NCBI RefSeq assembly: GCF_009914755.1
Contig: NC_060930.1
Direction: 5' to 3' (one strand)
DNA from: the human T2T-CHM13v2.0 reference genome, Homo sapiens
DNA: 64,000 nt
Program-made: the position numbers and the translations under genes
Notes under the pieces: generated by a model
Database searches by the model: none
What the model saw: only the letters and a program-made list of their open reading frames with translations
Told to the model about the DNA's origin: nothing
In this document: one piece after another, positions 11,367 to 24,150 of the stretch
How positions within the stretch are numbered: the first letter of the stretch is position 1
Layout: each line of letters starts with the position of its first letter

Positions 11367-14365
11367 ATGATTTATATTATAAAGTTTTCTGAAGTAATTG
11401 GGCTACAAATTTCCAAGTGGGAAAAAAGCCAACAATGGGGCTTAACCCATCTCAGGCCTGCAGGTACAAATGGGCACATTTCACTAGAGGAAAAGAAAGG
11501 AGTAAGCGGATTTTTCCAGTTATGGTCTATGAACAATGATACATTAGATCAGGTGCCGGCAGGAGATAAAACAGCATGAAGACATTTACCAAGTGAGAAG
11601 GGGGAAGATGTAAAAGAAACACAGACAACCTACTTAAAAAAAAAACTGACCATTTTTCCCTAAAAGTGACCCCAAATTAGACTTAAATATAGGCTTATCC
11701 CAGATATGGATCCAGAAATACTTATATCAAAATATAAATATGGGAAACTCTTCATTTTTATATTTAATACAATCATTGCTAATGATTCTAATGAGAATAC
11801 ATTTAGGAATAAAATGTGTTTTGTGATTTCTGGAAGAGAGGTCTTATAAGGAAGGACTTTGCTCAGTGTTAATGCAGTTGATATTCAGAACTCAAACAAA
11901 TGAAACCGTGATGGGACCTGGAGGAGTTCTAATGTCAAGACAGTTATTTGCTGTCTTTTTGGCTGAGTAAGGACTACCTTCTGCATTTTTTCTCAGAGAG
12001 CTCAGGCTGGTGCTTCGCCGTAAGCCAGCATTATGTTAAATGTTGTCTTCACTTAATATACTCCAGAAGAAACTGTGTATTGAGATTCACAGCCTTCTAC
12101 AGCCTGCGCTGTTGACCTATGGTCATGTTTGGATCCTGATCCGACACACACTTCTGAATAGTTAATCAAATCATTTTCCCCCTGGGCAACTTCTGTTTAG
12201 TGAGCAACTGTAAAAGTGTCTCATTGCTTAATTTATTATCTCTGAGTTAAAATTGCAGTGAATGCATTGAAAAAGATAACCAATTAGAAAGTTTTTCTAC
12301 AAAATTTTATATTCAAACCAATTAATTTTAATTTTTATTATGTATCAAATTATAACAAAAGCCATTTTACTTTTCTTTAGCCTTCTAATAGTTATACACT
12401 CTTGATAATTAGGCTATTCCCATTAAGTGAATATACTTATAATGAACAATAAATTTATGTAAGGACACAAATAGCTACCCACAAATGACTTTATTCCTAA
12501 ATTTAGATTTGTTTCCTGTGAAACATATTTTAATATGTTTTCTTCAATTTTTGCTTTTAGCCTCAGTTTTACAGAGCATTAATACTTTAGGGAATAGTGT
12601 GAATGAGAATCCATTTATACTTCTCCTTTCACTGTCTGCTTTAATGGCATAATGGTTTACACTGCTTTAATGGTTTACAAAGGTTCAGCCTAAAAGCAAC
12701 AGGGTACCTTGGCCACTTCCCTAAATCTTATGTCTTCTTACACCCAACACTCATACCACTTTTTTTCTGTGACCCTGTTCACTCGGTCAGTTCTCTCCCG
12801 ATATGGCTTTATAGGGCTATGACAATACAAATTTAAGCCCCAAAAAGCTGGTGATGCTGACACTCTCTATAAAAATGTGAAAGGGAGTGGAGATTTTTAC
12901 TTCCAACCATGATAGAATAACTGATATAGTACTTGTTCTTGCACCATAAACCATTAGAAACCTGATGAATATAAATAGCACAAATTGTCTGTACAAATTG
13001 AATGAGAAGCAGAGTAGAACATGGATTTCTTGAAAGAAGAAGACAAAAGCTATAGGCGCAATGATTGCCACATAATTCTGTCTGAAGAAACTTTTCAAGT
13101 TGTGGTGCACAGACGGGGAACCCAAGCAGGACACGGCAGGCACACTGCATTAGGTAGGAAAAGAGAAGATTCAGGCAGGCTCAGATGGCAGGAATTTGTA
13201 CAGCTGAGTATTGAAGAGGAGAGAGATACAAAGAGGGTTTCAGAAATACACATGGAGTCAGATGCTGAATACTAATCCATGCTTACCTAGGGTGAAAATC
13301 TAGGATGCAAGGTAAATAATGATGGGGCATTTTCATCTGAATAATTCCCTGAGTTCTCACAGTTCATTCTAACCAACCAAAGTGGAGACTTCTCACTGAA
13401 AACCCAGATCATTCAGTGGAGACCACAGATAATAAAAGATTAAATAACGGATAATAAAAGTGAAAAATAAGGCTTAAAGAAAAAAGTTGATTCATATTTG
13501 GCTTATTACCAGAAGAAGTTGAACACTCTTTAAAGGAAGACAAAAATTCCAACATGTAAAAAATGTTCAGCATTAATTAAATATTACTAAACATGCAAAG
13601 AAACATAAAACTGTGTCCCATATCAGGAATATCAGTCAATAGAAACAGGTCCAGAAATGACAGTGATGAAGGAATTAGCAGGAAAAACCTTAAAATAGCT
13701 ATTATAAATATGTTAAATTATTTTTTAAAAAATTATGAACATAACGAGGTAAAAATAGATAAAATAAAATAAAAAGAAATATTTGAAATAAAACATTAAC
13801 TGGGTCTGCATATCAGCAGATTACACAGTGTAGAAGAAATGGTCATGAGCTTGTAATCATAACAAAAGTAAAATTTTCAAACTGAAATATAGTAAGAAAA
13901 AAGGCTTAAAAGATATGAGCAGAATCATAGTGAGTTCAACAGTATAATATACATGTAATTGAAGCCCAAAAAGGATGAAGGGCAATTAAATATTTGAACA
14001 ACTAATGACTAAGTTTTAAAAATTAACCAAAATTATAAACCCACAGATAAATATCCTCAACAAAACTGAAGCAAGAGAAAAACAAAGAAATTCACACCAA
14101 GATACATAAAAATCATATTGCTGAAACAAATGTTAGCAAGAAAATCTTAAATACAGGAATGTCACATGACATACAAAAACCAAAGACTAGAAAATCTGAA
14201 GATTTCTCATTAGAAATAATACAAGTCAAAAGACAATGAAATGACATATTTAAAATACTTAAAGAAAAAACAAATGGAATTTTATATTCAGTGAATAAAT
14301 CCTTTATAAATCAAAGCCGAGAATATATTTGAGACATAAATAAGCTGAAATAATTTGTTGCCAGC

Positions 14366-15104
14366 TATATTAGTCTATTTTCATACTGCAATAAAGATAT
14401 TACCTAAGACTCGTTAATTTATAAAGGAAAAAGGTTTAATTGACTCACAGTTCCACATGGCTTTGGAGGCCTCATGAAGCTTACAATTGTGGTGAAAGGT
14501 GAAGGGGAAGCAAGGACCTTCTTCACATGGCAGCAGGAGAGAGAAGTGTATGTATTGGTCAGGGGAAACTGCCATTTATAAAACCATCAGATCTTGTGAG
14601 AACTCTGATATGGTTTGGCTGTGTCCCCACCCAAATCTTAGTTTGAATTGTAATAATCCCCATGTGTCAAGGGCAGAGTCAGGTGGAGATAATTGAATCA
14701 TGGGGGTTGTTTCCCCCATACTGTTCCACTGATAGTGAATAAGTCTCATGTGATCTGATGGTTTTATAAATGGGAGTTCCCTGCACAAGCTCTCTTTGCC
14801 TGTGGCCGTATAAGATGCAACTTTGCTCCTCCTTTGCCTTCTGCCATGATTGTGAGGCCTCCCCAGCCACATGGAACTCTGAGCCCATTAAACCTCTTTT
14901 TATTTATAAATTACCCCATCTTGGGAATGTCTTTATTAGCAGTGTGAGAACAGGTTAATATAAACTCCCTCACTATTACGAGAGCACCATGGGGAAAACT
15001 GCCCCCATGATCCAATCACCTCCCACTAAGTCTCTCTCTCTCAAGACCTGGGGATGGCAATTCAAGATGAGATTTGGGTGGGTACACAAAACCTAACCAT
15101 ATCA
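14366..15104 (-). mobile_element. MaLR LTR (MSTA/THE1D-like), split by a nested THE1
   Basis: Starts 'tatattagtctattttcatactgc' and ends 'aaccatatca'. Perfect 5-bp TSD CCAGC at 14361-14365 and 15105-15109. Confidence 0.9.
14606..14962 (+). mobile_element. THE1C-like solo LTR nested in the opposite-strand MaLR
   Basis: 'tgatatggtttggctgtgtccccacccaaatct...gtgtgagaacaggttaatata'. Perfect TSD AACTC at 14601-14605 and 14963-14967. Confidence 0.92.
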
Positions 15105-15443
15105 CCAGCCAAACTGCACTTAAAGTTCTTCAGAAGAAAAATAAACAAAAAGAGATGGAAACTCATTGGCTATTTTTTATAAAGATAAGCAGACACGTCA
15201 CTTATGATCCAAGAATTCTACCCTTAGGAGTTAACACAAGAGAAATAAAAACATGTTCACACAAAGCCTTGAACATGAATGTTTCTAACATCTTAATCCA
15301 TAATAACCAAAAACTTTATACATGCCAATTGTACCTCAAAGATGATTAGACAAACAAATTGCAGTATAACCAAACTATGGAATGAAGTATTACTCAGCAA
15401 TAAAAAGGAATGGACTGCTGATACAATATTATGGGGGAATCTT

Positions 15444-15717
15444 TTTTTTTTTTAACTTTAAGTTCTGGGATACATGTGCAGAACATGCAGGTTTGTTACA
15501 TAGGTATACATGTGCCACGGTGGTTTGCTGCACCTGTCAACCTGTCATCTAAGTTTTAAGCCCTGCATGCATTAGGTAGTTGTCCTAAGCCTTTCCCTCT
15601 TCTTGCCCCCCACCCCCTGACAGGCCCCGGTGTGTGATGTTCCCCTCCCTGTGTTCATGCATTCTCATTGCTCAACTCTCACTTATGAATCAGCACATGC
15701 AATGTTTGGTTTTCTGT
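15444..15717 (-). mobile_element. 5'-truncated L1PA8-like 3'UTR
   Basis: Poly-T followed by 'aactttaagttctgggatacatgtgcagaac...aagttttaagccctgcatgcattagg'. 17-bp TSD tattatgggggaatctt / tattacggaggaatctt (15427-15443 / 15718-15734). Confidence 0.92.
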
Positions 15718-15740
15718 TATTACGGAGGAATCTTAAAAAC

Positions 15741-16321
15741 CAAAGCTTCCCAAACTTTCTTGGTTCATAGAGTCTGTAGTGTTTGTCATATTGTTATAGG
15801 CCTTAGACCAAAAGAAATACATTAAGCTACCTAATTTGATTAAGCATTTAAATCCAAACAATTTATAATTATTTATGTATTAACAATTCAGTAGCTGTTT
15901 AAAAGTAATATATATTAATAGAAAGAAAAATGATATTACATATTTATATTTAATAGAATTTTTATTTTATTTTTTAAAAACAGCATTTATTTCCATTTGG
16001 ATTTGTGTATCAATTGAGCACCATATAACTGTCTACACAGGAATTAGATTGGACACTACCACCACCATCCTTTTCTGTTTCACATTAATTTTTGTGTATT
16101 GCTTACTTTTTATTGAAGTAATTACTGAAAATGCAGCTTCACAAAGATTTCATGTTATCAAAAGGAATGGAGCACAATTTAATGCTGAAATTGTATATTG
16201 CTTTAAGCTATGAGTCCACATAGCATTTGGCAGAAATGACTATGTTTCCCTCAAAAATCTAAAATATGTGGTGTCCTTGTGAATTTCTCCACAGTGTCCC
16301 TGCAGAGTTTTGGAACAATGA
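15741..16321. mobile_element. hAT-Charlie DNA transposon, MER119-like
   Basis: TIR-like ends 'caaagcttcccaaact' and 'agttttggaacaatg'. 8-bp TSD ttaaaaac / tcaaaaac. Internal 'ggaattagattggacact', 'gcagcttcacaaagat'. Confidence 0.75.
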
Positions 16322-16703
16322 TCAAAAACATTATTCTGAGTGAAAAAAAATAGCCAAAAGAGTATGTACCATATAACTCTATGTATATAAATTTCTTGAA
16401 AAGACAAAATCAACTACAGTAATAGAAAGAAATTTGTGAATTCAAAACTGTGCTTAAAATGATAATGGCCATAAAACTTCATCTGCAATAGTGATGTCCT
16501 CAGTGTCATAGTTAATTTATAGCATTCAATTAGTGATGTACTTCTAATTAGTTATGTTTCCAGTTGCATTAGACCAAATAGGAGAAAGTAGTTTTCTAGA
16601 GTAGCTTGAGAGAGTGGAGAAAAGGGTGACACATAGGGGGATTGTAAATAATGGCAGAAGTCTTCATTATTTTTAATTATGAATTGTACCACTGAGGTAT
16701 GAA

Positions 16704-16780
16704 CCTCATATCTAGCATATCTATGCTAGCCTCATATCTAGCATATCTAGCTCATATCTAGCATATCTATCATATCTAGA
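16704..16780. repeat. Short tandem repeat, 7 copies of CATATCTA(G/T)
   Basis: Copies start at 16707, 16716, 16733, 16742, 16753, 16762 and 16771. Confidence 0.9.
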
Positions 16781-17336
16781 TAATATGAAGCCAATAGGAC
16801 CTTCATTTTTAAAGATGGAGACAAAACAAAGACTTTTTCCTTCCTCAATATTGCTTAGGGCTCTGCCTTGGTTGTATAAGCTTGTCAAGGGACACAATGT
16901 TAACATCAAATGCATAGCAGTATAATGTCTTTATAATGCTTCTTAAAAGCATAACATTCTTCTTTACCAAAGCATTGGATGTACACTTCAAGTAACATCT
17001 ACATGTAAAATTATTAAGACATATTTTCAAAGATCATTTGGACAAATAAAAAAGTTGGAGTATGTGACTGCATTCAAATAACGAGAGACAAAAAGAGGGC
17101 AGAAAATCAATGCCAAAGGCGAGACTCAAGAGGCACATAAAGGACCAAGTTTTATGCTAATAATGTATTGAGAAAGCAAAGTTTTTTCCTAGATTAGAAA
17201 CATTACCAAATAAAGGCAAGTGGGAAGAAAATGAAACAAACAAACAAAAAAACAGGAAACACCCCAGCAGGCAACACAAATAGCGATCAGGCATGCAGAG
17301 TTTAGACCTGAGAATAAAGGGGTTTTAAAGGAAGTC

Positions 17337-17698
17337 TGTATTAGTCTGTTTTCACACTGCTGATAAAGACATACCTGAGACTGGGTAATTTATAAAGAAA
17401 AAGAGGTTTAATGGAATCACAGTTCCATGTGACTGGGGAGGCCTCACAATCATGGTGGAAGGTGAAAGGCATATCTTACATGGTGGCAGACAAGAGAGAA
17501 TGAGAACCAAGCAAAAGGTGTCTCCCCATAAAAAACGATCAGATCTCATGAGACTTATTCACTACCATGAGAACAGTATGGGGGAAACCACCCCCATGAT
17601 TTAACTATCCCCCACTGTGTCCCTTTCACAACACATGGGAATTATGGGAGCTACAATTCAAGATGAAATTTGGGTGGGCACACAGCCAAACCATATCA
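17337..17698 (-). mobile_element. THE1B solo LTR
   Basis: 'tgtattagtctgttttcacactgctgataaagacatacc...cacagccaaaccatatca'. TSD aagtc / aaatc. Confidence 0.92.
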
Positions 17699-17736
17699 AA
17701 ATCCAAATCCATTTTCTATAATCTTCATCTTCATAT

Positions 17737-19330
17737 TGAGAGATGACAACATGCTAGCAACGCTCACTCACTCTCAGAGCCTCCTTGGCCTCTGTGTCCA
17801 CTCTGGCCATGCTTGAGGAGCCCTTCAGCCTGCCACTGCATTGTGGGAGCCCCTCTCTGGGCTGGCCGAGGCTGGAGCCGGCTCCCTCTCCTTGTGGGAA
17901 GATGTGGAGAGAGAAGCGCGGGCAGGAACCAGGGCAGTGCCTGGCGCTCCAGTGTGAGTTCCAGGTGGGTGCAGACTCAGTGGCCCCGCACTCAGAGTGG
18001 CCAGCTGGCGCTGCCAGCCCTGAGCAATGAGGGGCTTAGCACCTGGGCCAGCAGCTGCAGAAGGGGAACCAGGTCCCCCAGCACTGCCAGCCCGCCTGCA
18101 CCACACTTGAATTCTCACTGGGCCTCAGCCACCTCCCAGCAAGGCAGGACTTGGGACCTGCAGCCTGCCATGCCAAAGTCCCCCCCCGCCCCCACCGTGG
18201 TGGGCTCCCGCGCAGCCCGAGCCTCCCCAACGGGCGCCGCACCCTGCTCCGCGGCACCCAGTACCATTGACCACCCAAGGGCTGAGGAGTGCAGGCATGT
18301 GGTGTGGGACTGGTGGGCAGCTGTGCCCGCAGCCCTGGTGTGGGATCTACTAGGAGAAGCCAGCTGGGCTCCTGAGTCAGGTGGGGTCTTGGAGAACTTT
18401 TATGTCTAGTTAAAGGTTTGTAAATGCACCAATCAGCACCCTGTGTCTAGCTCAAGGTTTGTAAATGCACCAATCAGTGCTCTGTGTCTAGCTAATCTAG
18501 TGGGGACTTGGAGAACTTTTATGTCTAGCTAGAGGATTGTAAATGCACCAATCAGCACTCTGTGTCTAGCTAAAGTTTTGTAAATGCACCAATCAGTGCT
18601 CAGTGTCTAGCTAATCTGGTGGGGACTTGGAGAACTTTTATGTCTAGCTAGGATTATAAATGCACCAATCAGCACTCTGTGTCTAGCTCAGGGATTGTAA
18701 ACACACCAATGAGCATTCTGTGTCTACCTCAAGGTTTGTAAACGCACCAATCAGCACTCAGTCAAAATGGATCAATTAGCTCTCTGTAAAACGGACCAAT
18801 CAGCTCTCTGTAAAACGGACCAATCAGCCCTCTGTAAAATGGACCAATCAGCAGGATGTGGGTGGGGTCAGATAAAAGAATAAAAGCAGGCTTTCTGAGT
18901 CAGCAGTGGCAACCTGCTCAGGTCCCCTTTCACACTGTGGAAGCACTGCTCTTTCACTCTTTGCAATAAATCTTGCTGCTGCTCACTCTTTGGGTCTGCA
19001 CTGCCCTTAAAAGCTGTAACACTCACCACGAAGGTCTGCAGCTTCACTCCTGAGGCCAGCAAGACTATGAACCCACCGGGAGGAACGAACAACTCCAGAC
19101 ACGCCACCATAAGAGCTGTAACACTCAACATGAAGGTCTGCAGCTTCACTCCTGAAGCCAGTGAGACCATGAACCCACCGGGAGAGAAGGAAGAAACTCT
19201 GAACACGTCCAAATATCAGAAGGAGCAAACTCTGGACAGACCATCTTTAAGAACTGTAGCAGTCACCACGAGGGTCTGCAGCTTCATTCTTGAAGTCCGT
19301 GAGACCAAGAACCCACCAATTCCGGACACA
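17737..19330 (+). mobile_element. ERV9 solo LTR (LTR12C/E family), full length
   Basis: Starts TGAGAGATGACAAC and ends CCGGACACA, with 4-bp TSD ATAT (17733-17736 / 19331-19334). GC-rich 5' U3, tandem CCAAT repeats, and U5 repeats 'aaggtctgcagcttcactcctga'. Confidence 0.95.
18383..18890 (+). promoter_or_regulatory. LTR12 U3 enhancer/promoter array (NF-Y CCAAT boxes, GATA site, AATAAAA TATA-like box)
   Basis: 10 CCAAT boxes counted between 18429 and 18848. AGATAA at ~18870 and AATAAAA at ~18879. This matches the known ERV9 LTR promoter architecture. Confidence 0.8.
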
Positions 19331-20249
19331 ATATGAATGCACATGAATAATTTCACGGACTAGAGAAAGGTTTACACTTACAGAAGAATAGTTATAAGAA
19401 TTTCTTTATATTTCAGAGATATTTGTTATAAATGCATTTATTTGAAAAACAGAATTTCTGGATCATTTAACTCTCAATAGTTCTGACAACTTGATCTAAG
19501 GGCAATAACAATTCCAACTGTACTCCATTATCAAGCTAAAGACTTCAGAATCTTTTTCCAGAAAAATTAATTTACTTTCTTCTAATATATAACCTGGATT
19601 AGCAATTATGTAAATGAAGTATGAAGAATTGTGTCTTCTATTAAGATGTACAAAGCTAGAAAAATGTTACTCTGACCCTAACAATAAGAAAAAGATCAGA
19701 ACACCTTCAGAATTACAACTTTTCTCATACTCATCAAAGAGCTGTAGCTTACCTGTGAAAACTAGCATGCAACCTCAGGAAAGATGGGTACCTCCAAGTA
19801 AAGACCAGATGTAATTCTTGGCTTACTAGAGAAGCAGGAGAAAAAATGGTTTCAATACCAGAAAGAAAGAAAAAAAAATTCCGTTAATGCCTTAAAAATA
19901 AATATGGGCTAGATGAAAGTATTTAAAACCTAAAAGCCACAAGCATAAACACAAGGAGAGTTCACCTTCCTCCCATCACTTTCTTATTTATGGACCTCAC
20001 TTGGTGCTTTTGAAAAACATTGAGGCACAGCAGGAGAGTAAACAAAGCTTTGTGCAGAAAGGCAGCCCTGGATCAGGGAAATCAGGACAGGCATAGGGCT
20101 CCAAAGTCTTCCCTGAGGAAAAGCTTTAAGACAATGAAGGAAGGGCAGAAAGCTGCTTTTCCCAGGCCAAAGGTGAAGACAGACTGTGTTGGGGTAAATG
20201 TAAAAGAAAAAAATTCTACTTCAGAATGAGGGACAAGTTTGTTAGTCTC

Positions 20250-20366
20250 ACCTTGACACCTTGATCTTGGACTTCCCAGCCTTAAGAACTGTGAAAAAAA
20301 AATTTCTATTGTTCATAAATTACCCAGTCTAAGGTATTTTGTTAACAGCCTGAATGGACCAAGACA
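20250..20366 (+). mobile_element. MaLR (MLT1A/MST-like) LTR 3' fragment
   Basis: 'gacaccttgatcttggacttcccagcc...ataaattacccagtctaaggtattttgtt...ggaccaagaca'. Confidence 0.75.
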
Positions 20367-20859
20367 AGGTGACAGTAGAAATGATTACTGAAAACAACAG
20401 AGTAAATCGATAAGCCCCAAAGCTGTTTTTTGTGGGGCGGGGGGTGGTGGGGGAAGATAAAACTCTAGCCAGACTGAAAGAGAGAGACAGAGACAGGATA
20501 CAAATTATCAGTATTAGGAATAAAAGATGGATCATCAGTACTAATCATACCATCATTAAAAGGACAATGAGATAATGTTACAGTTTTATGTCCATAAATT
20601 TAATGACTCAGATACAATGGATAAATGCTTAGAAAATACAAACTACTAAAGTCATGCAAGAGGAAATTGATAACCTAAATCGTTCTATATCACTGAAATG
20701 TGAATTTGTAGTTAAAAGCCTTCCAACACTAATAACAAAAGCCCCCAGCCTAAGTGGCTTTATTTTTGAGTTCTACAAGACATTGAAGGAAGAAATATTA
20801 CCAATTCTGTAAAAGTCTTCCAGAAAATAGAAGGACTCACCTCTCTACTGACATTGTGA

Positions 20860-21237
<378 letters not shown>

Positions 21238-22434
21238 ACGAAAAGTTTCTTGGCAACATATTTGCAAATCAAATCCAGCATAGTATTAATGTAATATAGA
21301 TATATAGATATCAGTGGAAGAGAGACAATGTTTCTGAAATAGACCCATATACATACATATATATATGTATATATGTATATATATGACCAACTGATTTTGG
21401 AAAATGTTATACCAACCAATTCTATGTGGAAAATTTAGTATTTCAACCAATGGTGTAGAAGAATTGGTGTTTATTTGCAAAAAGAATATGAACTCTGACC
21501 CATACCTTGCACCATATGAAGAATTAATTCAAAATAGATCACAAACCTAAATGTAAAACTCAAAACTGTAAAACTTCTAGAGAACAATATGATGGAATAA
21601 TCTTATGGTCTTGAGTCAGGCAAGAGTGTTTTAGATAAGACCACAAAATCACAATCTATAAAAATTATTGATAAATTGGACTACATCAAAATATATGCTC
21701 TTTGAAAAGCACCATCAAGAAGATAAATGACAAGCCACAGACAAGGAGAATATATTTGCAAAGCACTTATCTGGTAAAGTACTTGAATACATAATGTGTA
21801 CAGAATGTTTAAGAATCAATAAGAAAATAAAAACATTTAAAAATGTGCAACATATTTGAATAGACATTTCACTAAAGAAGATATATAAATAACAAATAAG
21901 CATATGAAAAGATGTTCAACATCATTAATTATTAAAGAAATTCAGATCAAAACCACAATAAGATATCACTACAGACCTATTAGAATGGCTAAAATAACCA
22001 AAAACAAAATAAAATAAAATGCATGGCAGTACTTATTTATAACATCCCTATTGTCCTCATACTCCCTCTACTGAAAACACCATTTGATTGAGGTTCCCTG
22101 TTTGAAAGATTATTAAAGAAAAATGTACAACTTGAGGTCAATAGAAAAATACTACACATCAAGGAATTGCTGTCTTAAAGGTGAAAATAAAGAACACACC
22201 ATTGAAAATTATTGAATAAAACAGACTAGAAAACTTCAAAGAAATTGAAAAAAATTTAGAAAGCCGTGGACATCTTAAATATGGCATAAATATACAGCTT
22301 TAATGAACTAATTCCCTAAAATATAGTAAATGGCCCTTCACCATTATCATGTTATTCAATCGTATCGTCATGGAAAGTAAAACTAGATATGACATTTTGT
22401 TTTTATTTTGCTGTCTATATATTATCTAAATCAT

Positions 22435-22550
22435 GTATAAGTTCTGCTTTTAACAAGTTTGTGATTTGGGTAAGTCAGTGAAGTGCTCTGGTCTTTAGTT
22501 ATCCTATTTGTCAAATTGCAGGATTGTCTCTTCAAGTTCAAAATTTCTAC
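22435..22550 (+). mobile_element. MIR fragment
   Basis: 'gtgatttgggtaagtca...ctctggtctttagttatcctatttgtcaaat' resembles the MIR core. Confidence 0.5.
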
Positions 22551-22841
22551 CATTACACGTATAAGCTTTCTACTTACGTGTGTAGGCTTTTCTCTAGGCA
22601 TTTAAGGCTATTCATATTACACTAGTAACTATTTTTTAAAAATTGATATTATTTTATAATAAAATACTAAACATAATTTTTTAAATGTTCTTTTTAAAGA
22701 TATGTGGCCAATTGTTTCTGAAAGAAAACAAAAGGTACTCATTTTTGCCACTTATTAAATTGATGTTCCATAAATACCAGCATCTTTCTCCTTGTTAACT
22801 ATTAGTCGGGAGCTTTAATTATCAATTTGATTACTAATATA

Positions 22842-23194
22842 CAGATGCTTCTCAATTTACAGTGGGTTTGCATGTTGGTAAACCCAGTAAATATAAGTCA
22901 AAAATGTATTTAATACACCTGACCTACGGAACATCATGGCTTACCTAACATGTGCTCATGACACATTAGCCTACAGTGGGCAAAACCATCTAACACAAAG
23001 TCTATTTTATAATAAAATATTGAATCTGTCATGTAATTTCTTTAATTTTTTAATTTTTAAAATTAATTTCATTCACCAAACCCAGCTTGTAATGTATTGA
23101 ATTATTGTAATGTATTGAATACTGTATATTGCATCAAGATTGTGATGGTTTCACACATTGTAAAGTTGAAAAGTTATGAATTGAGGGCTGCCTG
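22842..23194. mobile_element. TcMar-Tigger MITE, MER47A-like
   Basis: TA|cagatgcttctcaatttac...gagggctgcctg|TA, with internal 'atttaatacacctgacctacggaacatcat' and 'catctaacacaaagtctattttataataaa'. Confidence 0.8.
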
Positions 23195-23801
23195 TATCCT
23201 AGTAGTTAATCTACCAAAAGATCCTGACATCTTTATCCTAATCTGGTTAGAGTTTTATTTTAAGAACATCTTTGTAAATCTAGGAATTGTTCTGCTAACC
23301 GAACAATAAAAATCTTTCAGTGTGTTTCAAGATTATTTTCTCTATTTCCCCAAACTGCCCAATTCTTGACTAAAAGTAGTACCACTGAAATTACAGAAAG
23401 CATACTTTGTTGCAGTCCTATTTTCTGTAGTAGATAAGTTTATTTCACATTAAATACGTTATTTGTGACCACTTCACACAAGATATAAAGTACAATTTCT
23501 ATACTATTCCTCAAAATGAGCTCGTAACAATTATAACATTACATATATTCTATTTTTACTCAGTTTTAGCATTATGCTATAGTAAAAAGTGATAGGAAAC
23601 CACTAGTGAGGCAAACAGAAATCACCAGTTCCCCCTCAGCCACCTAATGATTTGTAGTTAATGATGAAAAAAAAAAATTCTGTAACTGGGCTTCCAAAAG
23701 CAAATTTCAGTAAAATGGATATCAACACCATGAACTGAAGTTATTTTAAGTCTTTCTGTATTTAACAGCTTTTAGCAGAGCTAAGCAGTTTAGCTAAGTC
23801 A

Positions 23802-24150
23802 TTTATTTTATTTTATTTTATTTTATTTTATTTTATTTTATTTTATTTTATTTTATTTTAATTTTGAGACTCTCGTTCTGTTGCTCAGGCTGGAGTGCAG
23901 TGGTGCGATCATAGCTCACTACAGCCTTGAACTCCTGAGCTCAAGCGATCCTCCCACCACAGCTTTCTGAGAAGCTTGGGTCACAAGGGTGGGCCACCGT
24001 GCCTGGCTATTTATTTATTTATTGATTGTAGAGACGGAGTTCCCCTACGTTGCCCAGGCTGGTCTTCAACTCCTTGGCTCAAGCAGTCCTCCTGCCCTGG
24101 CCTGCCAAAGAGCTGGGATTACAGGCATTGAGCCATCTTGTCCTAGGCGC
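23802..24150 (-). mobile_element. AluJ with (ATTTT)n tail
   Basis: 'gatcatagctcactacagccttgaactcctgagctcaagcgatcctccc'. 11-bp perfect TSD tagctaagtca (23791-23801 / 24151-24161). Confidence 0.92.

Larger units (their letters stand above)
12880..16430 (+). mobile_element. Old L1M (L1MC/MD/ME-class) relic: 5' region and ORF1 fused to the 3' end, hosting four nested insertions
   Basis: ORF1-like A-rich sequence at 13500-14365 resumes at 15110. It jumps to L1M 3'-end motifs at ~15175 ('tatgatccaagaattctacccttagg', 'tactcagcaataaaaaggaatgga') and resumes again at 16322 ('tcaaaaacattattctgagtgaaaaaa'). Confidence 0.75.

Noticed and set aside
12113-12125. TGACCTATGGTCA nuclear-receptor-like palindrome
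   Set aside because: The geometry is everted, not an ERE (GGTCAnnnTGACC), and it is a single motif with no support.
17785-18409. 198-aa and neighbouring GC-rich ORFs
   Set aside because: They lie entirely inside the GC-rich U3 of LTR12, where low stop-codon frequency explains them.
18383-18850. Regularly spaced repeats resembling a CRISPR array
   Set aside because: This is eukaryotic DNA. These are the known ERV9 LTR U3 tandem units, with no unique spacers.
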